A DNA stretch of 64,000 nucleotides. Source: an uncultured Pseudomonadota bacterium. GTDB lineage: Bacteria > Oederibacteriota > Muellerivitia > Muellerivitales > Muellerivitaceae. A program made the position numbers and the translations under genes. The stretch covers positions 448,001 through 512,000 of the forward strand of contig CAWIIP010000001.1 in the NCBI GenBank assembly GCA_963836235.1, written 5' to 3'. The notes below the pieces were generated by a model that had not been told where the DNA came from, did no database searches, and worked only from the letters and a program-made list of their open reading frames with translations. Shown in pieces: positions 1 through 9,635 of this stretch. Within the stretch, counting starts at the first letter, position 1; each line of letters opens with the position of its first letter.

Positions 1-1130
1 CCATAAGGATGATAAGCCTGCAATTGGGCTTCCAGCCTTCGAAGTTTTTCACAGAAAGGTTTAATGGACTGCAAGGGCGTGGAGCGGGCCAGGAAATCTG
101 CGAAACGTTGGAAATGAAGCTTCTTTTCTTGGAGCGATTGCCGCAAGGCTTCTTGCAAGTCTTCGGTTATGCGATCCAGGTTCTGGCGGGCTTCGGTGAT
201 CAAATACTCGGGGCGGCGCTCTTGGAGGATGCCGGCCAGTTCCTTAAGGTCTCTTTTCTTTTCTTGAAGCATGTCGTTTAAGGCGTCTTTCAATCTTAAG
301 GCAAGATTGGCAATTTCCGCCTGCACCTTGTCTCGGCCCGGCGCCAGCATGGCCGCCGAGGCGGTCGGGGTCGGAGCCCGTAAGTCCGCCACGAAGTCGC
401 AAAGGCTGAAATCTACCTCGTGTCCCACGGCGCAAATACTCGGTACGGAAGAGGCGGCCAAGGCCCTTACCACGCCCTCGTCGTTGAAAGCGGCCAAATC
501 CTCCTGGCTGCCCCCGCCACGGGTTAAAACCAGAACCTCATGCTCGCCCTTTTCGGAAATTTCTCGGATGGCCGAAATGATTTCGGCGGGAGCTTCCTTT
601 CCCTGAACCTTGACGTCAAAAACATCAAAGTCTTCAATCCCCACGCGGGTGGCGAGGATTTTTAAAAAGTCCTGCAATGCGGCCCCTTGGGCGGAGGTGA
701 TGATGGCAATTCGCCTGGGATATTGCGGCAGGGGTCTTTTTCTGGCGGGATCAAAAAGGCCTTCCTCCGAAAGTTTCTTTTTTAACTGCTCGAAGGCTAA
801 TTGAAGACCGCCCACCCCTTGAGGTTCCAGCAATTGGACATTCATTTGAAATTGGCCGTAACCTTGGTAGATCGTAATAAGGCCGCCGGCCACGACTTTT
901 AGGCCGTTTTCAGGTTTGAAGACCATACCAAAGTTATTGCCTTTGAAAAAAGCGCAGCGCAGAACGCCTTTTTCATCCTTTAATGAAAAATACATGTGGC
1001 CTGAAGAGTGATGCTTGAAGTCGGTGATTTCACCCTGAACCAGGACATTCGTGAACTTGGCTTCTAAAAGCATTCGGGCTGATTGAAGCAATTCGGAGAC
1101 TGAATAAATCATCCGGTTTTCAAGGTTCAT
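1..1130 (-). CDS. xseA: Exodeoxyribonuclease VII large subunit (3' end runs off the window)
   Basis: Manual translation from ATG at 1130: MNLENRMIYSVSEL...VQGEITDFKHHSSGHMYFSLKDE...RGGGSQEDLAAFNDE...CAVGHEVDFSLCDFVADLRAPTPT; classic XseA motifs. Confidence 0.95.
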   Translation of the reverse strand, partial: MNLENRMIYSVSELLQSARMLLEAKFTNVLVQGEITDFKHHSSGHMYFSLKDEKGVLRCAFFKGNNFGMVFKPENGLKVVAGGLITIYQGYGQFQMNVQLLEPQGVGGLQLAFEQLKKKLSEEGLFDPARKRPLPQYPRRIAIITSAQGAALQDFLKILATRVGIEDFDVFDVKVQGKEAPAEIISAIREISEKGEHEVLVLTRGGGSQEDLAAFNDEGVVRALAASSVPSICAVGHEVDFSLCDFVADLRAPTPTASAAMLAPGRDKVQAEIANLALRLKDALNDMLQEKKRDLKELAGILQERRPEYLITEARQNLDRITEDLQEALRQSLQEKKLHFQRFADFLARSTPLQSIKPFCEKLRRLEAQLQAYHPY

Positions 1131-1137
1131 TGAAATC

Positions 1138-2058
1138 CTAGAATCTTTTTACTTTTACGGTTTTAACTAATTGGGAAGCCAGTCTTGGGTCGAAACCCAT
1201 AATTCCTGTCTCCGCTACTGTCGTAGCGGTAGCGCAAGCCAGACGAGCGCATTCAAAAAAACTTTTCCGGGTTTGAAACCCTTTTAAATATCCGGCCATA
1301 AACCCGTCTCCCGCTCCCACCACCATCCGTCCAGAAATCTTTCGGGAAGATTTAACCCAACAGGCTTCAACCCCGTTCCAAAGCAATGCGCCTTCCACCC
1401 CGTTGGTCACGGCTCCGTGCAAAAGGCCGGATTTAAGCAGGATTGGCAAGGATTGACGCACCTGTTGCAATCCCGATAACTTGCGGCCGATCGCTTCCGA
1501 ATATTCAAAAAGATTCACTTTGAAAAACCAGGGTTTGGCCAGGAAGGCATGCCGAAGGGCCGGGCCGGAGCTATCCACGACGGTCCAAAGGCCTCTTCTT
1601 TTGAAGGCTTGGATCCAGGACTGATAAAGGGCTGAGTTCATTCCCTTGGGCAGGCGTCCCGTCAAAACCAATAGATCATTTTTTTTAAGCGCTTTATCTA
1701 ATAGGCCAAAAGCCGTTAAATCCAGTTCGAAGCCCGGATGGTTGTACTTCTTACTTTTCCCATGGGTTTCCACCACGACATTGAGGCGGATTGGAACTTT
1801 CGAACCGAGATATAGGGGCGCCAGCCTTTCTCGTGCCAGCAAGGAACGATAGAGATGGTGCGTCGGGTGGTTTCCTCCACCGGTACCCAGCCAGATTTTG
1901 GATTTTATTTTTTCGGCGTTTAAAAACCGGGCAATGTTGAGGGCTTTGCCGCCAGCTTCCACGTCGGACTCTAAAACCTCTCCGATTTTCCCATGCGTCG
2001 GTTCTGATAGTCGAAGCTCTAGATCTAATGCGGGATTGAGGGTGACGAGATGGATCAT
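1138..2058 (-). CDS. PfkB-family hexose kinase (1-phosphofructokinase-like)
   Basis: N-terminal VTLNPALD, AGGKALNIA and C-terminal VGAGDGFMAG PfkB signatures. Confidence 0.85.
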   Translation of the reverse strand: MIHLVTLNPALDLELRLSEPTHGKIGEVLESDVEAGGKALNIARFLNAEKIKSKIWLGTGGGNHPTHHLYRSLLARERLAPLYLGSKVPIRLNVVVETHGKSKKYNHPGFELDLTAFGLLDKALKKNDLLVLTGRLPKGMNSALYQSWIQAFKRRGLWTVVDSSGPALRHAFLAKPWFFKVNLFEYSEAIGRKLSGLQQVRQSLPILLKSGLLHGAVTNGVEGALLWNGVEACWVKSSRKISGRMVVGAGDGFMAGYLKGFQTRKSFFECARLACATATTVAETGIMGFDPRLASQLVKTVKVKRF

Positions 2059-2143
2059 GACGTTTGTTCAAACCGAGCATCGGCGACTTTGGCGTCTAGC
2101 GAGTGTTTCCACTTTAATAAAAGTGACAAGGCATCAAGACGCT

Positions 2144-2851
2144 TCAAGGTTTGACGCCTTTGGTAAGCAAGTAAAGTTCCTGAAGTTTTTGAGCGGCCTC
2201 AATCCTTTGTGCGTCCGTTTCACCCATTAGAAGCGTTTTTTTCCAAATTCTAATGGCATCCTGGTATCGCCCGACTTTTTTGTATGTGTTGGCCAAAATA
2301 TTTACCAGCATAGGCGGGACATCAGGTCTTTCGGCTTCTTCTTCCAATACGGGAATAATCAAATCATAACGTTCTGTATGCTCGTAGAGAATGGCGGCTA
2401 AGAGAAATTTAAGGCGTTCCGCGTGTGGATTCGACTTTATTCCTTTTTCCAACAGTTTGGCGGCCTCGTCGATTCGGTTCAGGTGAAAAGCGAGGGCCGA
2501 GGCACCGAAGGTATAAATCGAAACAAACTGGGGGTTTAAATCGGAGGTCAAACAACAATAATCGTAGAGTTTGGAAAATCGCGTTCCCGCGTTCGCCGCA
2601 TCACCATAGTACTGAATGACTTGTATCCAAAAAGCGTGACCGACCAAAACCTTGTTTCCGCTTAAAAACGCGATAGCACGCAAAGTCGAGGAAATGGTTT
2701 TATCCATTTGCCGGGTTTCGTTGACCTCAAAAGGTACGGGATGAATCCAAATTTCCAAGCGATCGGAAAGAACGGCCTGGGCAATAAAGAGGACAAAAAT
2801 CAGTATCGGAGACCATTTTAGTGACCGTTCATAAAAGATCGTGGAATTCAC
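2144..2851 (-). CDS. Membrane-anchored TPR protein (PilG/XapA-like)
   Basis: Probable GTG start at 2851 overlaps the upstream stop (GTGA); N-terminal TM, WIQVIQYYG motif, TPR helices (AAKLLEKGIKSNP, LANTYKKVGRYQDAIRIWKK). Confidence 0.6.
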   Translation of the reverse strand: MNSTIFYERSLKWSPILIFVLFIAQAVLSDRLEIWIHPVPFEVNETRQMDKTISSTLRAIAFLSGNKVLVGHAFWIQVIQYYGDAANAGTRFSKLYDYCCLTSDLNPQFVSIYTFGASALAFHLNRIDEAAKLLEKGIKSNPHAERLKFLLAAILYEHTERYDLIIPVLEEEAERPDVPPMLVNILANTYKKVGRYQDAIRIWKKTLLMGETDAQRIEAAQKLQELYLLTKGVKP

Positions 2852-3624
2852 TTGAATTCCCTCTTTTCCAAATTGACCCAGCCGATGAGGAACAAGACGA
2901 AGGAATAGGAAAAAGCGTAAAGCAGGATTTCTTCCCATTGGGACCAACCCAAAATCAAATTTGGATCATAAATCCGGTCTTTGAGATTAAAGGCTTCCAA
3001 ATTCGGAAGGATGAAGTAAATAATTTTTAACAGGGTCTTAACCCAATGCGCTATTTCCTGGTTTAAAAGCCATTCCACCACGCCAATGCAGTGGCCTAGA
3101 AAAATGGTGAAGAAACTGTAAAGCACCACCCCCACCATGGAAGTGGCGATCATCTGGAAAGTCAATCCCAGAACCGTGAGGACGAACATTTCCAAAAGTA
3201 TGAAAACAATACAATCATAAAAAAGAGTCGGGACTTGCCCTCCGCCAGCTAAAACAACCAATCCCATCACCGTGAAACCCATTCCCAGAACAACCAAGGC
3301 AACCACCGCGTAAAATCCAAGAATACGCCCCAGCAAATATTCCCCTTTTGTAAGTGGTTTGGCTAAATGGAGGTAAATGGCTTTTTGATCAATTTCAGTC
3401 GTGTAGGTAACGGCTAGACTTAGGATTAGAACCAAAAGCCCCGAAACTTCCATGCCGGTGAGGCCCAAATCCATGAAAATTTGGAGAACACTGCCAAAGC
3501 TCAGAATGGATAAGAGAAAAGCCAAGCCACAAAGGACCACCACGCTAATGAGCCAAATGAAAAGCATCTTGCTTCGGATCAGTTCCCGAAAAGTGAAGTT
3601 TCCAACAGCGAAGATTCGTTTCAC
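2848..3624 (-). CDS. ABC-2 type permease (PilI-like)
   Basis: About 6 TM segments; TFRELIR...EIDQKAIYLHLAKPL..EYLLGR motif; coupled to the ABC ATPase. Confidence 0.85.
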   Translation of the reverse strand: MKRIFAVGNFTFRELIRSKMLFIWLISVVVLCGLAFLLSILSFGSVLQIFMDLGLTGMEVSGLLVLILSLAVTYTTEIDQKAIYLHLAKPLTKGEYLLGRILGFYAVVALVVLGMGFTVMGLVVLAGGGQVPTLFYDCIVFILLEMFVLTVLGLTFQMIATSMVGVVLYSFFTIFLGHCIGVVEWLLNQEIAHWVKTLLKIIYFILPNLEAFNLKDRIYDPNLILGWSQWEEILLYAFSYSFVLFLIGWVNLEKREFK

Positions 3625-4601
3625 TTTTTTTCTCCTATTAAAGAATGAGCCAAATGGTCTTGAGCCCCGATGGCATTAAGAAAATAGGCTTCCACCAATG
3701 AGGAGAGGGGTCGTACTCCCTTTATATTGGCTTTGCGGGAGTTCAAAAGCGCAAGGGTTTCCGCCAACACCAAACCAGGTATTTCCACTCCGCTATTACG
3801 ATGGATCGCTTCCTGAAACGGCATGCCGGATAGTTTTGAAGCTTCTTCCTTATCCACGTCAATCCAATAATCCACCGGAACCGAAGACTCGAGTATTTTT
3901 GAAATGGGTACCGTTTCTTTCAACATACCGTCATGGAGAATTCCAACACGGTCGCAAACTCGTTCCACCTCGTCCAGGATATGGGTGTTTAGGAAAAGGG
4001 TGGTTCCCGTTTTTTTCAAATCGATGAAAATATCCCGCATTTCCTTGTAGCCGACGGGATCCAGGCCGCTCATGGGCTCGTCACAAATAAGGAGTTTGGG
4101 CTTACCGATGAGGGCTTGCCCGATGCCGATGCGCTGGAGCATACCCTTGGAATAACCGGAAACTTTTTCATTAGCGGACCTCGTCATTCTTACCAATTCC
4201 AGAATTTCGTCTACCCGGTGGCCAAGGGCCGCGCCGGATAAACTGTGCAAAGAGCCGAAATATTCCAACAATTCACGGCCCGTATGCTGCTTTGAAAAAT
4301 AGGGTAATTCCGAAAGGTAGCCGATTTGTTGTCGAACTTGGCGGTTCGAAATTTTACCGCCTAAAACATGGATATCGCCTTTTGTGGGACGTAAAAGTCC
4401 TAGAATCAATTTAATTACTGTTGTTTTTCCAGCTCCGTTCAAACCCATCAGGCCAAAAGCTTGTTTTTCATAAATATCAAGATGAAGATTTTTAAGGGCG
4501 TGAGTAATTTTGGGGGTAAACCAAAACCCGGTTTTATAGGTTTTGGAAAGATCGCGGATTTGAATCGCGCAGGGGAGGGTTGGGTCAAACGGCTCGGACA
4601 T
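3621..4601 (-). CDS. ABC transporter ATP-binding protein (PilH-like)
   Basis: Walker A GLNGAGKT, signature YSKGM, Walker B LLICDEP, H-loop NTHIL. Confidence 0.92.
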   Translation of the reverse strand: MSEPFDPTLPCAIQIRDLSKTYKTGFWFTPKITHALKNLHLDIYEKQAFGLMGLNGAGKTTVIKLILGLLRPTKGDIHVLGGKISNRQVRQQIGYLSELPYFSKQHTGRELLEYFGSLHSLSGAALGHRVDEILELVRMTRSANEKVSGYSKGMLQRIGIGQALIGKPKLLICDEPMSGLDPVGYKEMRDIFIDLKKTGTTLFLNTHILDEVERVCDRVGILHDGMLKETVPISKILESSVPVDYWIDVDKEEASKLSGMPFQEAIHRNSGVEIPGLVLAETLALLNSRKANIKGVRPLSSLVEAYFLNAIGAQDHLAHSLIGEKK

Positions 4602-5431
4602 CAGTTTCCAACCTCCACGTAACTCTCCAAACGCTCAAAAAGCGCGAGCGCGGCCTGGATCGCCAAGGCGCTTGTCCTGGGATTGTCCTTGGAAGGCCGA
4701 TTACGGGTAACGGCGGTGAGCTCACCGAAATCACCCGCGACATGGATCTCGTGTTGATTGGACTTGATCGTCGGATCGACCATAACCCTTACCTTTAGTT
4801 TTTTAGGATTCCCCGACGCTAGGGCTGTCGTCGCGGCCACGTTGACATTGGCTGGAAAACGACGGATTGCCCCCCAGACATCTCCCTGATAAAGATAAAA
4901 AGCGGATTTACTTTTGTAAAGCAGTCGTTTTTGAGAAGAGGTCAAACCGGGAGCCCCCTCAAAACCTCGAGGCGGTTTGGTCGAAGTGATGATCAATTCC
5001 CTTATTTTTCCTATTTGTCGGGCCGCCTTTAGCCCATCCAAACCGCAAAGCGCTCCCGACGGAAGATAAATTTTCGTTTGATAACGACGGGCTAGTTTTT
5101 CTAGTTTTTTTTGATGAAGCAGGAATCCACCGGTGCTCATCATCACCACAGGTATCAATTTTTTCAGGGCGACTTCCGCGACGGAAAGCGCCACCTGAAC
5201 GGAAGCCGCTTCCAAGAGAATGTCGCATTTACCAAGCATCGGACCAATTCCGACGCATACGGTTGGATTTGATTTTAAAAGTTTTGAAAGGTTGACCGCG
5301 GAGGTATGGTTGATATCGAAAAGTGCGGTGACACGAAAGGCGGATTTTTTCTTCTCAAGCAGACGGGCCACCACTGATCCGATGGCCCCACAACCGACGA
5401 TTCCAAGGCGCCTAGGAGGGGCCTTTTTCAC
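4601..5431 (-). CDS. nadX: L-aspartate dehydrogenase
   Basis: GCGAIG Rossmann motif, PSGALCGLD, FPANVNVAA, NPRTSALA; adjacent to nadA. Confidence 0.9.
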   Translation of the reverse strand: MKKAPPRRLGIVGCGAIGSVVARLLEKKKSAFRVTALFDINHTSAVNLSKLLKSNPTVCVGIGPMLGKCDILLEAASVQVALSVAEVALKKLIPVVMMSTGGFLLHQKKLEKLARRYQTKIYLPSGALCGLDGLKAARQIGKIRELIITSTKPPRGFEGAPGLTSSQKRLLYKSKSAFYLYQGDVWGAIRRFPANVNVAATTALASGNPKKLKVRVMVDPTIKSNQHEIHVAGDFGELTAVTRNRPSKDNPRTSALAIQAALALFERLESYVEVGN

Positions 5432-6363
5432 TTCGTGGGCACCGCCGCCAACATGCCGTCAAGCGCTTTGAGAGCCTTAATCCGGATAGGCTCGGGAATT
5501 TCAATGGGATGTTGAAGTTCCTTCAATGACTCGTAGACATCCTCCAATTGAGTCATTTTCATATTGGGACAAATAAGACTCTTGGTGGGAAGAAGGAAAT
5601 TTTTCTCCGGCATGGCCGTTCGCAGACGATGAAGCATGCCCATTTCGGTACCGATGATGAAGGTCTTGGCTGACGAAGCCTGGCAATAGCGAAGCATTTG
5701 GGATGTGGAAAGGATAGCATCCGCCATATTACAAATATCCTCGTTGCTCTCGGGATGGACTACCACGACGGCGTCCGGATGCTCTTGTTTCAGAGCGATG
5801 ATGTCCTTGGGCTTCATACGCTGGTGCGTCGGGCAGCAGCCGGCCCAAAGGATTATTTTTTTATGGGTTTGGGTTTGGACCCAGCGGCCCAAGTGCTGGT
5901 CGGGCACGAAAAGAATTTCTTCTTGAGGCATGGAGTTCACGACTTGCAGGGCGTTCGCCGAAGTACAACAAACATCGGCCATGGATTTGATCTCGGCGGA
6001 GCAATTGACATAGGCCACTACGGCCGCTTTCGGATACTTGGATTTTTCCGCTTCCAACTGTGCGGGCGTAATCATGTCCGCCAAAGGACAGCCAGCTTCG
6101 GCCGCGGGCAAAAGGACCGTCTTTTGAGGCGAGAGGATCTTGGCCGTTTCCGCCATGAAGTGGACGCTGCAAAAAACGATCACATCGGCGTCGGTTTTGG
6201 CCGCCAGTCGGGAAAGTTCCAGTGAATCTCCTACATAGTCGGCGATATCCTGGACTTCCGGGCGCTCATAACTATGGGCGAGAATGATGGCGTTTCTTTC
6301 TTTTTTCAGTTCTTGAATCCGTGCAATTAGTTCGGTGTCGTCCAAAAACAAGTCGAGTGACAT
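5428..6363 (-). CDS. nadA: Quinolinate synthase
   Basis: ILAHSY, GDSLEL, FMAETAKIL, GCPLAD, CPTH, VHPES, CPNMK (Fe-S cysteines). Confidence 0.96.
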   Translation of the reverse strand: MSLDLFLDDTELIARIQELKKERNAIILAHSYERPEVQDIADYVGDSLELSRLAAKTDADVIVFCSVHFMAETAKILSPQKTVLLPAAEAGCPLADMITPAQLEAEKSKYPKAAVVAYVNCSAEIKSMADVCCTSANALQVVNSMPQEEILFVPDQHLGRWVQTQTHKKIILWAGCCPTHQRMKPKDIIALKQEHPDAVVVVHPESNEDICNMADAILSTSQMLRYCQASSAKTFIIGTEMGMLHRLRTAMPEKNFLLPTKSLICPNMKMTQLEDVYESLKELQHPIEIPEPIRIKALKALDGMLAAVPTK

Positions 6364-6365
6364 GA

Positions 6366-6731
6366 TCAGTTTCCTCTCTTCACTTTGGTGACTTTATTCT
6401 TTGCGTTGACCGAAACTACCGTGGGCGCGTAGCCGGTTGGAGGCGTCTGCGGAAAACTCTCGTAGGTCAAGACAATAAGTTTATCGCCGATTTCGGTGTG
6501 CCGGGCCGCGGCTCCGTTCATGCAGACGACACCTGAATTGGGTTTGCCCTCAATAGCATAAGTAGCGATTCGGCTTCCATTGTTAAGATTCAACACGTGT
6601 ACCTGCTCATAAGGGGCGATATCCGCGGCTTTCATTAATTTGGCATCCAGCGTAATACTTCCCTCGTACCAAAGTTCGGTTTGGGTAACGTTGGCGTTGT
6701 GGATTTTGGATTTAACGAATGTACGGGCCAT
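6366..6731 (-). CDS. panD: Aspartate 1-decarboxylase
   Basis: KSKIH...YEGSITLD (Gly-Ser self-cleavage site), NGAAAR. Confidence 0.96.
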   Translation of the reverse strand: MARTFVKSKIHNANVTQTELWYEGSITLDAKLMKAADIAPYEQVHVLNLNNGSRIATYAIEGKPNSGVVCMNGAAARHTEIGDKLIVLTYESFPQTPPTGYAPTVVSVNAKNKVTKVKRGN

Positions 6732-6851
6732 GTTTTCCTCAAACTTAGGTTTAAGAGTGTTTTAGTTTAACCGAAAAGCTGGTGCGCATCCATATCTGGG
6801 AAAGCTTTGTTTTACGGATAAGACTTTGATCCGTTTCGACAACGGGTTCAA

Positions 6852-7694
6852 TTAAAGAACAATATTGTCAATCAAGCGAACATTGTCAAGGTAGGCGGCC
6901 AGCGCGATAAGTGTTCCTGGCTTGATTTCCCTGACTTGCTCCAAGGTTTCGGCATTGACCGCTTCCAAGTATTGAAGCTTAACCTTTCGCTCATCGAAGA
7001 TTACTTTTTTTATTTCACCGAGGACCTTTTCCGCTCCGGTTTCACCCAAGTCGACGATGCTCTTCCCCACTTTCAAGGCTTTAAAAAGAACCGGCGCAAC
7101 TTTTCGCGCTTCCAAGGTCAACTTGACGTTTCGGGAGCTCATGGCCAAACCGTCAAGCTCACGGACAATGGGGCACACCACTGTTTCCACAGCCAGGTCA
7201 AGATCCAGAATGACCTTTTTTAAAACCGCGACTTGCTGGGCATCCTTTTGCCCCAAGTAAAGCCGGTCGGGTTGAACGGCACCCAGGAGCTTGACTACAA
7301 CTGTGGCCACGCCATCAAAATGTCCCGGACGATAGGGTGCGCAAAGACTCGCGACGAGGGAACCCTTTATTTTAATTTCCGTGGAATAACCAAGAGGATA
7401 CATATCTTGGTTATTGGGGCTGTAAAGCAAATGAACTTTTTCATTTTTCAGAAACTCCAAATCTTTTTCCAATGTCCTTGGATATTGGGCAAAGTCCTCC
7501 TTGGGGCCGAACTGGAGCGGATTAACGTAAATCGAAACAACCGTAACGCTGTTTTGCTTGCGACAAGTTCGGATTAATTCCAAATGCCCGGCATGAAGCG
7601 CGCCCATGGTTGGTACGAACCCGATGATTTTCCGAGCTTGACGCCATTTCCGGACAAGCGCATGGGCATCGGAAGGTTTCACGGTGGTTTTCAT
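6852..7694 (-). CDS. panC: Pantoate-beta-alanine ligase
   Basis: FVPTMGALHAGH, RPGHFDGV, GQKDAQQ, GLAMSSRN, RLIDN. Confidence 0.97.
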   Translation of the reverse strand: MKTTVKPSDAHALVRKWRQARKIIGFVPTMGALHAGHLELIRTCRKQNSVTVVSIYVNPLQFGPKEDFAQYPRTLEKDLEFLKNEKVHLLYSPNNQDMYPLGYSTEIKIKGSLVASLCAPYRPGHFDGVATVVVKLLGAVQPDRLYLGQKDAQQVAVLKKVILDLDLAVETVVCPIVRELDGLAMSSRNVKLTLEARKVAPVLFKALKVGKSIVDLGETGAEKVLGEIKKVIFDERKVKLQYLEAVNAETLEQVREIKPGTLIALAAYLDNVRLIDNIVL

Positions 7695-7715
7695 TGGTGG
7701 CCTTTAAGAGAAGTC

Positions 7716-8504
7716 TTACTTGAGGAATTTTCCGGTTTTTACTTCTTGGGTATATTGTTTGACGGCGTCCCGAATGCTTTCGTGCAGTTTCAGGTAGGCC
7801 TTGGCGTGCTTAGGATGGAAATCCGGGAGCAATCCCAGGAGATCATGAAGGACCTGAACCTGGCCGTCGCAATGCGGTCCCGCACCGATGCCGATTGTCG
7901 GGATATGAAGCGTTGATGTGATTTTTTTCGCCACCTCAGGGGGTATCAATTCCAAAACAATGGAGAAAGCTCCCGCTTTTTCCAAAGCTTTTGCTTGTAG
8001 GAGTAACTTGTTGGCCGTTGCCTTATCCTTGCCTTGCGGGTGATATCCCCCCAATTGATGGACATGCTGGGGGGTGAAACCCACATGACCCATGACGGGA
8101 ATGCCGTTTTCAACCAAAAAAGCCGTCACTTCCGGAGCCTGGGGACACCATTCCAGTTTCACAGCCTGGGCTCCGGCTTCGGCGAGGAATGCTCCGGCGT
8201 TATCCAAAGCCTCTTCCAACTCTAACTGATAGGAAAGAAAGGGCAGGTCCCCGATGAGCAGGGCGTTTTTAACGCCTTTCGCGACAGCCTTTGTATGGTG
8301 AATCATCTCCTCCATCGTTGCCGAAAGGGTATTAGGACGGCCCAGCATTGTCATGGAAAGGCTATCCCCAACCAGGACGGCATCCACACCCGCGGCGTCC
8401 ACTGCCAAAGCCAGGGAGTAATCATAGGCTGTTACGACCGCTAGTTTCTCACCCTGGTCACATTTGTTTTGAAAATCCAAGACGGAGGTTTGTTTTAGGG
8501 ACAT
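7716..8504 (-). CDS. panB: Ketopantoate hydroxymethyltransferase
   Basis: TAYDY, LVGDSL, GHVGFTPQ, PTIGIGAGPHCDGQVQV. Confidence 0.97.
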   Translation of the reverse strand: MSLKQTSVLDFQNKCDQGEKLAVVTAYDYSLALAVDAAGVDAVLVGDSLSMTMLGRPNTLSATMEEMIHHTKAVAKGVKNALLIGDLPFLSYQLELEEALDNAGAFLAEAGAQAVKLEWCPQAPEVTAFLVENGIPVMGHVGFTPQHVHQLGGYHPQGKDKATANKLLLQAKALEKAGAFSIVLELIPPEVAKKITSTLHIPTIGIGAGPHCDGQVQVLHDLLGLLPDFHPKHAKAYLKLHESIRDAVKQYTQEVKTGKFLK

Positions 8505-9148
8505 TATTTTTTCACGCTGACCGGCTGGTAATAAACCGTCCCTTTGGTGACTTTGGCCATGTGGGTCAAAAGATCGTCCAAATCCGCGTCCCGATGGACA
8601 AAGTCGATCTCGCTCGTGTTAACCACCATCAATGGCGTTTCCTGATAGTGAAAGAAATAATAGTTATAGGCCTGGTTCAATTCCGCCAGGTAATCTCCCG
8701 TAATTTGATTTTCAAACTTCCGGCCCCGCATCGATATTCGTTTCAAAAGAACGTCGGTAGAAGCCTGGAGATAGATGACGAAATCGGGCTTTAATACCCG
8801 ACCACCGAGGATGGAATGGATCTGTTCATAAAGCTTTAGCTCGTTATCGTCCAGTGTCAGGTTGGCAAAAATCCGGTCTTTGGCAAAGACGTAGTCGCTC
8901 ACAATGCCTTGTTGGAAAAGGTCGCTTTGGGTCATTTCTTGTTGTTGGCGGTAACGTGACAGAAGGAAAAACATCTGGGTTTGGAAGGCGTGTTTTTTGA
9001 TGTCTTTATAGAACTCGGTAATGAATGGATTTTCTTCGGCGCCTTCCAATACTAGGCGGGAATTCAGCTTTTTAGCGAGGATATCCGCCAAACTGGTTTT
9101 TCCCACGCCAATCGGGCCCTCAATTGCGATGTATTTATGATGAAGCAT
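8504..9148 (-). CDS. Deoxynucleoside kinase
   Basis: IAIEGPIGVGKT P-loop, FQTQMFFLLSRY, RGRKFE lid; the usual folK-dNK-panB context. Confidence 0.9.
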   Translation of the reverse strand: MLHHKYIAIEGPIGVGKTSLADILAKKLNSRLVLEGAEENPFITEFYKDIKKHAFQTQMFFLLSRYRQQQEMTQSDLFQQGIVSDYVFAKDRIFANLTLDDNELKLYEQIHSILGGRVLKPDFVIYLQASTDVLLKRISMRGRKFENQITGDYLAELNQAYNYYFFHYQETPLMVVNTSEIDFVHRDADLDDLLTHMAKVTKGTVYYQPVSVKK

Positions 9149-9635
9149 GGAGTTTAACCTGTGCCAAATCTTTTACTTGTTCTAAAGCTTCTCGCACTGT
9201 TTTACGACTTTTTGGAAGAATAGTTTCCGGTGAAAGTTCCATCAAGGGCACCAAAACATGTCTTCGCAGTTCGAGTCGTGGATGGGGCAAAAGAAGTTCC
9301 GCCCCTTCCAAAACCCAATCGCCATAAAGCAATATGTCCACGTCTAAGGTCCGGGGTCCCCTGAGTATTTCCCTTTGACGTCCCGCCTGAACCTCTAAAA
9401 CCCGAACCCATTCTAGCAAGGTTTCCGGCGCCAAGTCGGTCCGCAATTCTACTACTTGGTTCAAAAACCAGGGTTGGTTAACCAAATCCACCGGTTCGGT
9501 CTCGTAAATTTTAGAAAACCGGACTCCTGCAAAGGATTTTTCGATGGCCTTGCGACCCTGCGCCAAGTGCTTTTCTCTTTCCCCAAGGTTTGAACCCAGC
9601 GACAGGTAAACCATGGCCATAGGGGCTTCTTTCAT
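9135..9635 (-). CDS. folK: HPPK (6-hydroxymethyl-dihydropterin pyrophosphokinase)
   Basis: YLSLGSNLG, YETEP, FLNQV, GPRTLDVDILLY, PHPRL. Confidence 0.96.
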   Translation of the reverse strand: MKEAPMAMVYLSLGSNLGEREKHLAQGRKAIEKSFAGVRFSKIYETEPVDLVNQPWFLNQVVELRTDLAPETLLEWVRVLEVQAGRQREILRGPRTLDVDILLYGDWVLEGAELLLPHPRLELRRHVLVPLMELSPETILPKSRKTVREALEQVKDLAQVKLHASS

